A DNA stretch of 64,000 bases, taken from assembly GCA_965248435.1 (NCBI GenBank), contig OZ252100.1, positions 2,784,001-2,848,000 on the forward strand, given 5' to 3'. Origin of the DNA: Candidatus Latescibacterota bacterium (GTDB taxonomy: Bacteria > Latescibacterota > UBA2968 > GCA-2709665). Both the position numbers and the translations under genes were made by a program. The notes below the pieces were generated by a model that did not search any database, was not told where the DNA came from, and saw only the letters and a list, made by a program, of their open reading frames with translations. This document shows positions 1-8,799 of the stretch, piece after piece (the stretch's first letter is position 1; every line of letters begins with the position of its first letter).

Positions 1-2
1 AC

Positions 3-725
3 CTGACAACAGACCAGCGCCTGGAAGAACTGATCGCCCGTCAAGGGCGATGGGTCAGCCCCTGGCTCCGCGCCTGCGCACTCCACGCGATCGCGGACCG
101 GTCCAGTGAAACGTCAACGGAAGCTGTTTTGTCTGCGCTCGATGACCAGGAGCCGCTGGTTCGGGAAACGAGTGCCTGGTCTTTGTACAAGCTGGACCGT
201 GAGGTTTTTACGAGCCATCTTGATACCCTTCGAAATGATCCCAGCCAACTGGTCGCGCAGATCGCCGAGCGGCTGCAAGAGTGGAAGGAAGGAGATCCGC
301 CCATGCTTTTGACCATCGAAAAGGTAATGGTCCTGAAATCTGTAAGCATCTTTTCCGGTGTCCCGGATGAGGTCCTCGCAGACCTCGCCTCTCTTATGGA
401 TGAAGTGGAGATTCCGAAGGAGACCTGTGTCTATGACAAAGGTGACCCGGGGGGTACGATGTACATCATCGTAGACGGCGGCGTCCGCGTCCACGACGGA
501 GACCGGACGTTTGTCAACTTGGGAGAAAGGGATTTCTTCGGCGAACTGACAACACTGGATCCCGAACCCCAGATGGCTGCGGTTACCGCAGACGAAGACA
601 CACGCCTTCTGGGCCTGAATGGAGATGCCCTTTACGAGCTGATGTCGGATCACACCGAGGTGCTGCGGAGAATCATTCAGGTCTTGTGTAAAAGGCTGCG
701 CCGCAAGAAAACCGAAAGATGGTAA
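3..725 (+). CDS. 5'-partial HEAT-repeat plus cyclic-nucleotide-binding (cNMP) domain protein
   Basis: Frame is open from position 3. HEAT-like LDDQEPLVRETSAWSL, then LLTIEKVMVLKSVSIF and a cNMP domain (KGDPGGTMYIIVDG...FFGELTTLDPEPQMAAVTA). Confidence 0.85.
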   Translation: MTTDQRLEELIARQGRWVSPWLRACALHAIADRSSETSTEAVLSALDDQEPLVRETSAWSLYKLDREVFTSHLDTLRNDPSQLVAQIAERLQEWKEGDPPMLLTIEKVMVLKSVSIFSGVPDEVLADLASLMDEVEIPKETCVYDKGDPGGTMYIIVDGGVRVHDGDRTFVNLGERDFFGELTTLDPEPQMAAVTADEDTRLLGLNGDALYELMSDHTEVLRRIIQVLCKRLRRKKTERW

Positions 726-729
726 AATC

Positions 730-828
730 GGCGGACGACAGACGCCTGCCCCGAGCCCTGTCGAGGGGGCAGACCGCATGATAAATAAGGTTTAGATTCT
801 TGGCGGTCCGTGGTCCGTGGTCTGCGGT
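730..828. repeat. Short inverted heptamer-type repeat (gtggtcc units) enclosing a REP-like ccccgagccctgtcgagggg hairpin
   Basis: gcggtccgtggtccgtggtctgcggtc at 803-828 is partly complementary to gcagaccgc (769-777) and ggcggacgacagacg (730-744). Confidence 0.5.
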
Positions 829-944
829 CAGGCACAACGGATTTCTCTATCGCAGCCGTGGCCGAAGGCCCTCATTGATTTTCCCGCGACGCCGCATTAT
901 CTTCCTGCCATACGATAAACACAATCAATCGCATCGAGAGTCCG

Positions 945-1949
945 ATGGAATACCGAAGATTGGGTCGTTGCGGCCTAAAAGTCTCTGAATTCTGCCTGGG
1001 AACGATGACCTTTGGTGACACGACGGGCGAAGCCGAAGCCATCCGAATGGTCCACGCTGCGCTGGATGCCGGAGTCAATTTTTTTGACACGGCGAATACC
1101 TACAATGGTGGCAAGTCCGAGGCCATCCTTGGAAAGGCGCTTTCCGGGAGACGACAAGAGGCGATCGTTGCGACAAAGGTCTTCAATCCCGTTGGCGGAG
1201 GACCCAACGATTCCGGAATGTCGCGCCTCCATATCACGAATGCCATCGACGACAGTCTGAAGCGTCTGGACACGGACTACGTGGATCTTTACTACGCCCA
1301 TCACGTGGACATCCAGGTCCCGCTCGAAGAAATGCTGCGCGCCTTCGATGACCTCGTCCATCAGGGCAAGGTGCGCTATATCGCGTGCAGCAACTACGAG
1401 GCCTGGCGCCTGAACGAAGCCCTCTGGATCAGCAATTCGAACAACCTGCATCGTTTCGAGTGCTATCAACCGCAGTATAACCTCGTCGTGCGGGATATCG
1501 ACCACGGCCTGATCCCCCTTTGTCGGGAAAAGGGGGTCGGTGTGGCGGTGTTCAGCCCAGTGGCCGGCGGCTTTCTCACGGGAAAGTATCAACCAGGTGA
1601 ACGCCTCCTTCCCGGAACGCGGTCGGAGGACAAGAGCGACCCCTTCTTTGCAACCTGTTTCGCCCCCAACGCGGACGAAACGCTTGCCGTCCTCCTGGAA
1701 GTCGCGCGTGAACTGGATCGCAGTCCTTCACAGGTCGCCATCCGATGGGCCGTGCAAAGGCCCGGAATCACCTCGGCAATCGTCGGTGCGAGGAACTTGG
1801 AGCAGTTCACCACCAACCTCGGCTCGACCGGTTGGCGTCTCGAGGACGAACAGATGGAGCGCTTGAGCAAGGTATCGGAGCTTCCACCCCGCTATCCTGA
1901 ATCGACCGAATGGAAGATGGTGTCAAGGCGCAACGACGCGGTTAAATAG
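945..1949 (+). CDS. Aldo/keto reductase
   Basis: MEYRRLGRCGLKVSEFCLGTMTFG; FFDTANTY; SLKRLDTDYVDLYYAH; GKVRYIACSN. Confidence 0.95.
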   Translation: MEYRRLGRCGLKVSEFCLGTMTFGDTTGEAEAIRMVHAALDAGVNFFDTANTYNGGKSEAILGKALSGRRQEAIVATKVFNPVGGGPNDSGMSRLHITNAIDDSLKRLDTDYVDLYYAHHVDIQVPLEEMLRAFDDLVHQGKVRYIACSNYEAWRLNEALWISNSNNLHRFECYQPQYNLVVRDIDHGLIPLCREKGVGVAVFSPVAGGFLTGKYQPGERLLPGTRSEDKSDPFFATCFAPNADETLAVLLEVARELDRSPSQVAIRWAVQRPGITSAIVGARNLEQFTTNLGSTGWRLEDEQMERLSKVSELPPRYPESTEWKMVSRRNDAVK

Positions 1950-2094
1950 AGTTTCTAGTTTGGGGTTTCTGGTTTCTAGTTTCTAGTTCATATCAGCTGT
2001 AAACTCATGCGAAAATCCTGCCTAAACTCGAAATTTTAGACTAGAAACTGCCTCATGCCTCTAACTTGAAACTCTAAACTAGAAACTAGAAACT
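1950..2094. repeat. Inverted heptamer array (tttctag)n ... (ctagaaa)n
   Basis: Left arm 1950-1988 gtttctagtttggggtttctggtttctagtttctagtt; right arm 2063-2094 aacttgaaactctaaactagaaactagaaact. Confidence 0.85.
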
Positions 2095-2099
2095 GATTT

Positions 2100-3101
2100 A
2101 TGCATGGTCATCGCGTCGTCTTCCTGGAGCCGGAAAGGGTCGAAATCGAGCCCTTCGACGTGGAAGACCCTGGCTCTGACGAGATATTGATCGAGACGGA
2201 CATCTCGCTGATCAGTCCCGGAACAGAGGGTGCCTTTCTCAGGGCTCTTCCCAACACCCGCCAGGAGTTTCCGATGTTCCCTGGCTACTCGAACATCGGC
2301 ACCGTGCTGGAAGTAGGGTCGAACGTGACTTGCGTTTCGCGTGGAGACCGTGTGGCTACAAACAGCGGTCACGCCAGTCACGCAAAGGTGATGAAAGATG
2401 GTCTTTGTGAGCCTGTGCCGCCGGGCCTGTCCGTGGATGCTGCGGCTTTTTTTGCTTTGGCCTCTTTTGCCATACAGGCCGTAAGAAAGGCCAGAATCGA
2501 GCTCGGTGAATCGGTTCTGGTCATCGGACAGGGAATCGTCGGTAGTCTCGCGCTTCAGTTCGCCCGTCTCCAGGGCGGATACCCGGTCATCGCCGCCGAC
2601 CTGGACACGGGCCGACTGGAAAGTGCGCTCGGGGTCGGAGCCGATCACACGATTCACGCAGGTGAGACGGATCTTGTCGCTGCTGTCCGTAAAATCACGG
2701 ACAGCGACGGCGCCCGCGTCGTGATCGAAGCCACCGGACATCCCGAGGTTATAATAACGGCCCTGCACGCTGCGGGGTGGTGCGGCCGTGTCATCCTCCT
2801 CGGCAGCACTCGGGGAGAGACGAAGAGTGTCAACTTCTATCGCGACGTCCACAGACGGGGCATTGTCATAGTGGGTGCGCACGGCCCGGTGCGCCCCGTT
2901 CAGGACGCTTCGCCCGGTTTCTGGCCTTTGGATGCAGACGTACGGCTATGTCTGGACTTCCTGGCCGCCGGCCGGGTTCAGGTCGAACCCCTCATTTCAA
3001 AACGCGTTTCATTCAGGAATGCGGAAGACGCTTACAACTTGATCCTGGAACAGCGCCGCGAGGTTCTGGGCATCGTCCTGGACTGGAGCGGCGCAGGCTG
3101 A
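2100..3101 (+). CDS. Medium-chain (zinc-binding family) dehydrogenase
   Basis: SLISPGTE, PGYSNIG, Rossmann GQGIVG, VIEATGHP motifs. Confidence 0.9.
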   Translation: MHGHRVVFLEPERVEIEPFDVEDPGSDEILIETDISLISPGTEGAFLRALPNTRQEFPMFPGYSNIGTVLEVGSNVTCVSRGDRVATNSGHASHAKVMKDGLCEPVPPGLSVDAAAFFALASFAIQAVRKARIELGESVLVIGQGIVGSLALQFARLQGGYPVIAADLDTGRLESALGVGADHTIHAGETDLVAAVRKITDSDGARVVIEATGHPEVIITALHAAGWCGRVILLGSTRGETKSVNFYRDVHRRGIVIVGAHGPVRPVQDASPGFWPLDADVRLCLDFLAAGRVQVEPLISKRVSFRNAEDAYNLILEQRREVLGIVLDWSGAG

Positions 3102-3131
3102 GAGCGAGTTCGCTCTGAGGAGGACCTCGAC

Positions 3132-4712
3132 ATGAGAGACGAGGAAAAGACCAAAGCCCAGCTCATCGAGGAATTGGCTCGCGCGCGAGAGCAGATTGCC
3201 GGCTTGGAGAAGCCCGTATCAGAACACAAACAGTCTGAAGAAACAGAAGCACAGCTTCGAACCGTCATGGACGCGGCCCCCATTTCGCTGCTCATCACAC
3301 GTTTCTCGGATGGCCGGATCTTTTACGCCAACGAGCATCTCGGTCGTCTCTGTGGCGTTGAAAAAGAGGATCTGATTGGCCGTGACGTGGCGGACTTCTA
3401 TCGCAACCCGGCCGATCGAGAGCAGTTGGTTCAAGAGCTGAAGACCAAAGGGATGGTCCAGGACATGGAATTGGCTGGCAGGAGAGGGGATGGCACGCCT
3501 CTGTGGGCGAGCGTCTTTGCGAGAACGCTGACATACGAAAACGAGGAAGCGATCCTCGCAGGCTTCTATGACATAACAGACAGGAAAAGGACCGAACAAG
3601 ACCTGGTTCGCATTGAACGTCTCCGTGCCCTGGGAGAGATGGCGAGGGGGGTGGCCCACAACTTCAACAACATCCTGGTCGGCGTGCTTGGGTTTGCGCA
3701 GTTGATCGAAGCGAAGACATCCGACGACGACATCATTAAGGATGCCCAGTCTATCGTCAAAAGCGCCCTGCAGGCGAAGGACCTCGTGGACAGACTGAAT
3801 CGGGCCGTGCAGGGCGAAAAGGGAAGTGCGCTCCTCCCCATCAAGGTCGAAGACCAGGTAGACGATGCGATTGAGACTGCCCGCCCCCGGTGGAAAGATG
3901 AAAAGGAGGCTGAAGGGACCGCAATCCAGATCCAGACAGACCTCAGGGACGTCCCTCCTATCCGCGGGTCACAGCAAGGGCTCCGGGATATCCTGATCAG
4001 CCTCATCCTCAATGCCGTCGATGCCCTTCCCGGGGGCGGTAGCATTACGATCTCCGCTCGGTCCTCGGGCAAATCGGTTTTGCTCTCTGTGGCCGACAAC
4101 GGCGTCGGAATGGATAGCGAGACCTCCAGGCGGGTGTTCGAACCCTTTTTCACCACCAAATCTGACGTCGGTACCGGGCTCGGACTCTCGACGGTCAATG
4201 GAGTCGTCACCAGCTGGGGAGGGACAGCGGAAGTGGTAAGCAAACCCGGCGAAGGCACGACATTCACCCTTCAACTTCCGATCTGGGGTGACCCGGAAAA
4301 AGATGAAGGCAAGGTGGACGGCGGCCGGAGGCGGCGGGTCCTCATCGTCGAAGATGACCAGTCCGTGTGTAAGGTTCTGTCAGACTTGCTGCGCAGTGAT
4401 TATGATGTCGACGTGTTTCAGGAAAGCACCGATGCTGCGGCCGAGTTTCTTCCCGGGCGTTACGACGTGGCCCTGATTGACCTCGGTATGCCGGACCTGC
4501 CTGGCGATCAAGTCGCGCGAAAGATGAGGGAGGTGGATTCCGCGATGGTCACTGTGTTGGTGACCGGGTGGGAGCTCGAGGAAGGGGATCCAAGGCTGGT
4601 TCCCTTTGACCTTCGAATCTTGAAGCCTTTTGGGGATCTGGTCACGATCCAGAGGATGGTCGGCCAGGCGGTCGAACTACACGATTCTCGGGCGGGTAAG
4701 AGTGCTCAATGA
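3132..4712 (+). CDS. PAS hybrid sensor histidine kinase with C-terminal receiver
   Basis: PAS (DITDRKR), H-box GVAHNFNN, N-box LILNAVDA, G boxes DNGVGM / PFFTTK / GTGLGL, receiver VLIVEDD...LIDLGMP. Confidence 0.95.
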   Translation: MRDEEKTKAQLIEELARAREQIAGLEKPVSEHKQSEETEAQLRTVMDAAPISLLITRFSDGRIFYANEHLGRLCGVEKEDLIGRDVADFYRNPADREQLVQELKTKGMVQDMELAGRRGDGTPLWASVFARTLTYENEEAILAGFYDITDRKRTEQDLVRIERLRALGEMARGVAHNFNNILVGVLGFAQLIEAKTSDDDIIKDAQSIVKSALQAKDLVDRLNRAVQGEKGSALLPIKVEDQVDDAIETARPRWKDEKEAEGTAIQIQTDLRDVPPIRGSQQGLRDILISLILNAVDALPGGGSITISARSSGKSVLLSVADNGVGMDSETSRRVFEPFFTTKSDVGTGLGLSTVNGVVTSWGGTAEVVSKPGEGTTFTLQLPIWGDPEKDEGKVDGGRRRRVLIVEDDQSVCKVLSDLLRSDYDVDVFQESTDAAAEFLPGRYDVALIDLGMPDLPGDQVARKMREVDSAMVTVLVTGWELEEGDPRLVPFDLRILKPFGDLVTIQRMVGQAVELHDSRAGKSAQ

Positions 4713-4716
4713 AACT

Positions 4717-5817
4717 ATGAACGTCCAGGGTCGGTCCGGAAGGCGCCTGGACCCCAGGCTCCTATTCGTCGTCCTTGGGGTCGCCCTGCTCGGCCTCCTT
4801 TTATGGAGAGTCGGAATACAGAACGTGTATGACCACGTCAGGCTGGTCGGATGGTGGGCACTTCCAGTGCTCCTCATTTCCCTGATCTGGAAAATCGGCA
4901 ACACGATTGCCTGGGGGCTGGCCTTTCCTTCCCAGCATCACCCCGCCTTCCGAAGGTTATTTCCCGTCTTCGTGGGTGTGGATGCAGCCAACCTGCTCCC
5001 GACAGCGAATCTCGGCAGCGAAGTCGCGAAGGCCTACTTTCTCCGTCCTTACGCCCCGGTTTCAAGCGCAGTGTCTGCAGTGGTTGCCAACAAAACCGTC
5101 GAAATGCTCACAGGAGTGATCTTCGCCGCTGTGGGTCTCGTCATCGCCCTCCTTTCACTACCCGGGGATCGGCAGCTGCACACGGGCTTCGTGATCGCCC
5201 TTTTCGTTTTCGCAGTGCTCATCACACTCGCTTTCCTGGCGCAGCGGAGCCGCCCTCTTTCGAGGCTGATCGGTTTCCTGCGAAGGTTGAGGATCGCGAC
5301 AGGATTCCTGGATCGACATCGAGGGTCGCTGGAGCAGGTTGAGGAAAATCTGGTCTCCTTTTACGGCAGAAATCACGGTCGCTTCTTTGGCTGCGCGGCG
5401 CTCCGCCTGGCGAGCTGGATCTTCGGTCTGCTGGAGACCTTCCTCCTCGTCCGGTTGATGGGGGTAGATGTCTCTTTCACGACCATCTACATCCTGGGCG
5501 CATTCAGCTTTCTTCTGAGAGTGGCATTCTTCTTCATGCCGGCCAACCTCGGCACATTCGAATTGGGCAATACTTACCTCTTTTATTTGCTCGGAATGGA
5601 CCCAGCCGTGGGTCTCTCTACGGCCCTCCTGGTTCGAGCGCGAAAGCTCTTCTGGATCGGCTTTGGCCCGCTCCTGTTGTATACCCTGAACAGGACGGAA
5701 AAAAGAGACGGGGATGGCCGGGACGGGAACTTTGCATCCCTCACGGTGTCTAAAGAGGAACAGAGTGAGAAAGCCGGGATTACGAGTAATCCCAACCCGA
5801 AAGGGGGTTTCGAGTGA
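4717..5817 (+). CDS. Flippase-like lysylphosphatidylglycerol synthase TM-region (UPF0104) membrane protein
   Basis: Multi-TM protein; ANLLPTANLGSEVAKAYFL and FFMPANLGTFE motifs. Start chosen at ATG 4717. Confidence 0.8.
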   Translation: MNVQGRSGRRLDPRLLFVVLGVALLGLLLWRVGIQNVYDHVRLVGWWALPVLLISLIWKIGNTIAWGLAFPSQHHPAFRRLFPVFVGVDAANLLPTANLGSEVAKAYFLRPYAPVSSAVSAVVANKTVEMLTGVIFAAVGLVIALLSLPGDRQLHTGFVIALFVFAVLITLAFLAQRSRPLSRLIGFLRRLRIATGFLDRHRGSLEQVEENLVSFYGRNHGRFFGCAALRLASWIFGLLETFLLVRLMGVDVSFTTIYILGAFSFLLRVAFFFMPANLGTFELGNTYLFYLLGMDPAVGLSTALLVRARKLFWIGFGPLLLYTLNRTEKRDGDGRDGNFASLTVSKEEQSEKAGITSNPNPKGGFE

Positions 5818-6323
5818 GATACTGGAATCGATTTTTGCGTCGCCACCTCTTCGGAACGATATCGGTCGTCGTTCACGCGGCTGCAATCGCGCTTATCCTG
5901 AGTATGTATGAAAGGGCGCCTTCCTACACGGAAGTCGCCGTGGAATTCGACAGGCCCGCGCTCGAGGAGGAGCCCATCACTCAGCCATCGGAAACTGACG
6001 GGCAGGAGTCGCCCCTGGCGGAAAACGTCCTGGCGTCTGAAGCGCCTGTCCCCGAATCAGCCGAGCCGGTCCCGCCGAAAACTATGGAGGCCCTCCTGAA
6101 CAGGGATTTCAGGTCCCTTCGAGCGAACTTTGCGATGCCTGCCTCTTTCGTGCCGACGACCACGCAGTCCGATCACGGCTTTCAACCCCTTGAGCCGGAA
6201 GTGCATCTTACAGACGGGACCATCAACAAGCTCGTCGACGAAGGAAGAAACTACGCGGATTCCGGGAAGAAACGGAAGCGCAGGCGAGGAATGGGCATGG
6301 GTGGAGGTGGCGTCTGCCGGTAG
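5814..6323 (+). CDS. Hypothetical protein with N-terminal membrane anchor and Pro/Glu-rich linker
   Basis: SVVVHAAAIALI anchor resembling TonB-type N-termini; start overlaps the upstream stop; followed by a terminator. Confidence 0.6.
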   Translation: MRYWNRFLRRHLFGTISVVVHAAAIALILSMYERAPSYTEVAVEFDRPALEEEPITQPSETDGQESPLAENVLASEAPVPESAEPVPPKTMEALLNRDFRSLRANFAMPASFVPTTTQSDHGFQPLEPEVHLTDGTINKLVDEGRNYADSGKKRKRRRGMGMGGGGVCR

Positions 6324-6348
6324 ATTTGTCTTTGTGAGGTGGCAAGTT

Positions 6349-6382
6349 GCCCCTGTCTCGTGGATGAGACAGGGGCTTTTTT
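6349..6382 (+). terminator. Rho-independent terminator
   Basis: gcccctgtctc-gtggat-gagacaggggc followed by T6. Confidence 0.9.
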
Positions 6383-6459
6383 CTGGTTCCTCACCGAATG
6401 TTGGGGATAAGGCAGTATGCCCTATCTGTAGAACTCGCCGATTTGTAGACGGTCTTGGA

Positions 6460-7471
6460 ACTCGCGAAGTGGATCTCTCAAAGCCCTCAGGGCCGCGGTG
6501 TGCGACTCCGATGCAACCAGCCCATTTCTCCTCCCAGCGGGTTGGTTCCTCAGTGATCGCGAGCGCGTGGTGAGGATTTGGCCTTCCTGCCGTGGACTGT
6601 TTATGCCACTGAGGGTGAGGTGCCGCGGCCGGAGCCTCCCCGGCGCCTGAGGGGTGCCTTTCTTTTGCCTTCGGGCGCGGCACGCCGCGCCCCTACGGCG
6701 AAATCTTGGAGTGTAGGGGCACAGCCGCGCTGTGCCCAAGGGTGGCGGTCGCGGTAGCCCTTTTCTTGTGGTGAGACAAGAAAAGTAGGTCGCCGAAGGC
6801 ATGTTGTTCTGACATCGTGATTGCACCCACCCCGACCAGGAGGGGACTGGCCTCTCTCAAACTCACGAAAGAGATCGCTCGAACCCATCAGGGCCGCGGT
6901 GTGCGACTCCCTTGCGTGATGCATCTTGAAATCCCCCTCAGTCCCCCTTTTCCAAAGGGGGAAGAGTTTCATTAATGCGTGTGTTTGAACGAAAGCAATG
7001 TCATCGCTCAAAACCATCAGGGCCGCGGTGTGCGACTCCGGTGCAACCAGCCCATTTCTCCTCCCAGCGGGTTGGTTCCTCAGCGATCGCGAGCGCGTGA
7101 TGAGGATTTGGCCTTCCTGCCGTGGACTGTTCAGGCCACTGAGGGTGAGGTGCCGCGGCCGGAGCCCCCCGGCACCTGAGGGGCGCCCTTCTTTTGCCTT
7201 CGGGCGCGGCACGCCGCGCCCCTACGGCGAAATCTTGGAGTGTAGGGGCACAGCCGCGCTGTGCCCAAGGGTGGCGGTTGCGGTAGCCCTTTTCTTGTGG
7301 CGAGACAAGAAAAGTAGGGTACCGGTAGCAACGTTCGGAAGCCCGTCGGCATCGACTTCGTGATTATCCACGGCGAGTTCGTGATCGAAGACAGCGAGCC
7401 GACGGGCGGGACGCCGAAGGCATGATGTTGTGAAGTTCGCGATGTTACCCACCCCGACCCGGGAGGGGACT
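6460..7471. repeat. Cluster of composite REP/MITE-like elements with two near-identical ~300-bp copies (about 6487-6790 and 7017-7319)
   Basis: Both copies start tcagggccgcggtgtgcgactcc and contain the inverted GTAG-type REP pair gggcgcggcacgccgcgcccctac / gtaggggcacagccgcgctgtgccc and a cttttcttgt...acaagaaaag hairpin. A third partial start lies at about 6888. Confidence 0.9.
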
Positions 7472-7587
7472 TGCAATCCTCTCTTGGTATGCCCCTTGAA
7501 TATGAAAGCCCTATTCAGGGTTTCGCCAGCAGGAGCTGGCTCCTACCACATTTATCTTTTGGTTCGGAAAGCACGACCTTTTGGCTT

Positions 7588-8673
7588 TCATTCCGCAATC
7601 CCTGCTTTGTCTCCGAGAGCTGAACGAAGCTCTTTGACGATCTCCTCAACCTGCTTCCGCTTTTCGTGATCCCCGGCGAGAGCCAGAAACCGCTCATACG
7701 CCTGTAGTGCATCTTCGTACTGACGGGTTTCCACAAGGTCGATCGCAAGGTTCAGGTGTGCGTTGGCGTGTTGAGGATCGACTTCTATCGCTTCCTTATA
7801 AGCCAGGATGGCCTTCTCGGGAGCCCCCATTCTATCGTAGACGAGCCCCAGGTTATAAAAGACCTGAACGTCGTCCGAATGCAGATCCTTCAGCCTTTCG
7901 TAAACGGTTGCTGCCCGGCCCCATTGTCCAGCGATGTGGTGGACGCTCGCCAGCTTGCGCAGAAGGTCCAGGTCTTCTGGACGACGGACCAGCATCTTCC
8001 GGTAAACGGCGACTGCCGCTTCGGTGTTCCCGGCAGTCGTGTAGAGGTCACCCAGCTGAGATCGCACCTCCTGGGAGGTCGAATCCAGGCGTGAGGCCAT
8101 TTCATAATGTCTGATCGCGAGGGAGACTTCATCGTTGGAATAAATCCGGCCCAGCGCTATGTGGCCCCGCACATCCTTGAACTCTAACGCCAGTCGGGTA
8201 TAGGCCGCCACGGCATTCGTCGTATCGGCCACTCCCTCGTAGGCCCCCGCCAGCCTGTGCAGCGCGTCTTGAAACTTCGGCGACTGTTCGAGAGCCACTC
8301 GGAATGATGGTATTGCCACCTGATAGGCACGAAGGCTTAAGTGAGCGAGGCCCAGGTTGTAATGTGCCTCCGGATAGTTCGGCTGCAGTTCGATCGCCTC
8401 TCCGAGCGCGAGTACGGCACCCCGATGAAACCCGGTCTTCATATAGGCGACACCCAGACCGAAGTGGGCTTTCACCATACCCGGGCTTTCCTGAAGCGCC
8501 AGCTGATATTCTTCGATAGAATCGTTAAGGCGCCCCCGAGAGTAAAAGGCGACGGCACGGTCGTAGTGATCCCTCGCCTCAGGGCTGCCTGATTTCATCG
8601 ATCCGGCACAGCCGGTCAGAACCAAAATCGCGATTACGGATCTCGGCACGCTCAAGGCTGCTATTCTCCTCAT
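7588..8673 (-). CDS. Tetratricopeptide-repeat lipoprotein
   Basis: Lipobox LTGC; many TPRs (AHFGLGVAY, AHYNLGLAH, VFYNLGLVY). Confidence 0.9.
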   Translation of the reverse strand: MRRIAALSVPRSVIAILVLTGCAGSMKSGSPEARDHYDRAVAFYSRGRLNDSIEEYQLALQESPGMVKAHFGLGVAYMKTGFHRGAVLALGEAIELQPNYPEAHYNLGLAHLSLRAYQVAIPSFRVALEQSPKFQDALHRLAGAYEGVADTTNAVAAYTRLALEFKDVRGHIALGRIYSNDEVSLAIRHYEMASRLDSTSQEVRSQLGDLYTTAGNTEAAVAVYRKMLVRRPEDLDLLRKLASVHHIAGQWGRAATVYERLKDLHSDDVQVFYNLGLVYDRMGAPEKAILAYKEAIEVDPQHANAHLNLAIDLVETRQYEDALQAYERFLALAGDHEKRKQVEEIVKELRSALGDKAGIAE

Positions 8674-8799
8674 TTCATAAGAGTTAGGCGCTTTTTCGTT
8701 GACACATCGCCCGGGGAAAGCCTATTTTACACTCCCTTTAGATGCCTCGGGACACTTTTTGTTCTGGGAAAGATCCCACTTTTCAGTTGGACTCTCGAA

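Noticed and set aside
6057-7476. Several 100-200 aa ORFs over the repeat cluster
   Set aside because: They are translations of GC-rich palindromic repeats, with no RBS or recognisable domain.
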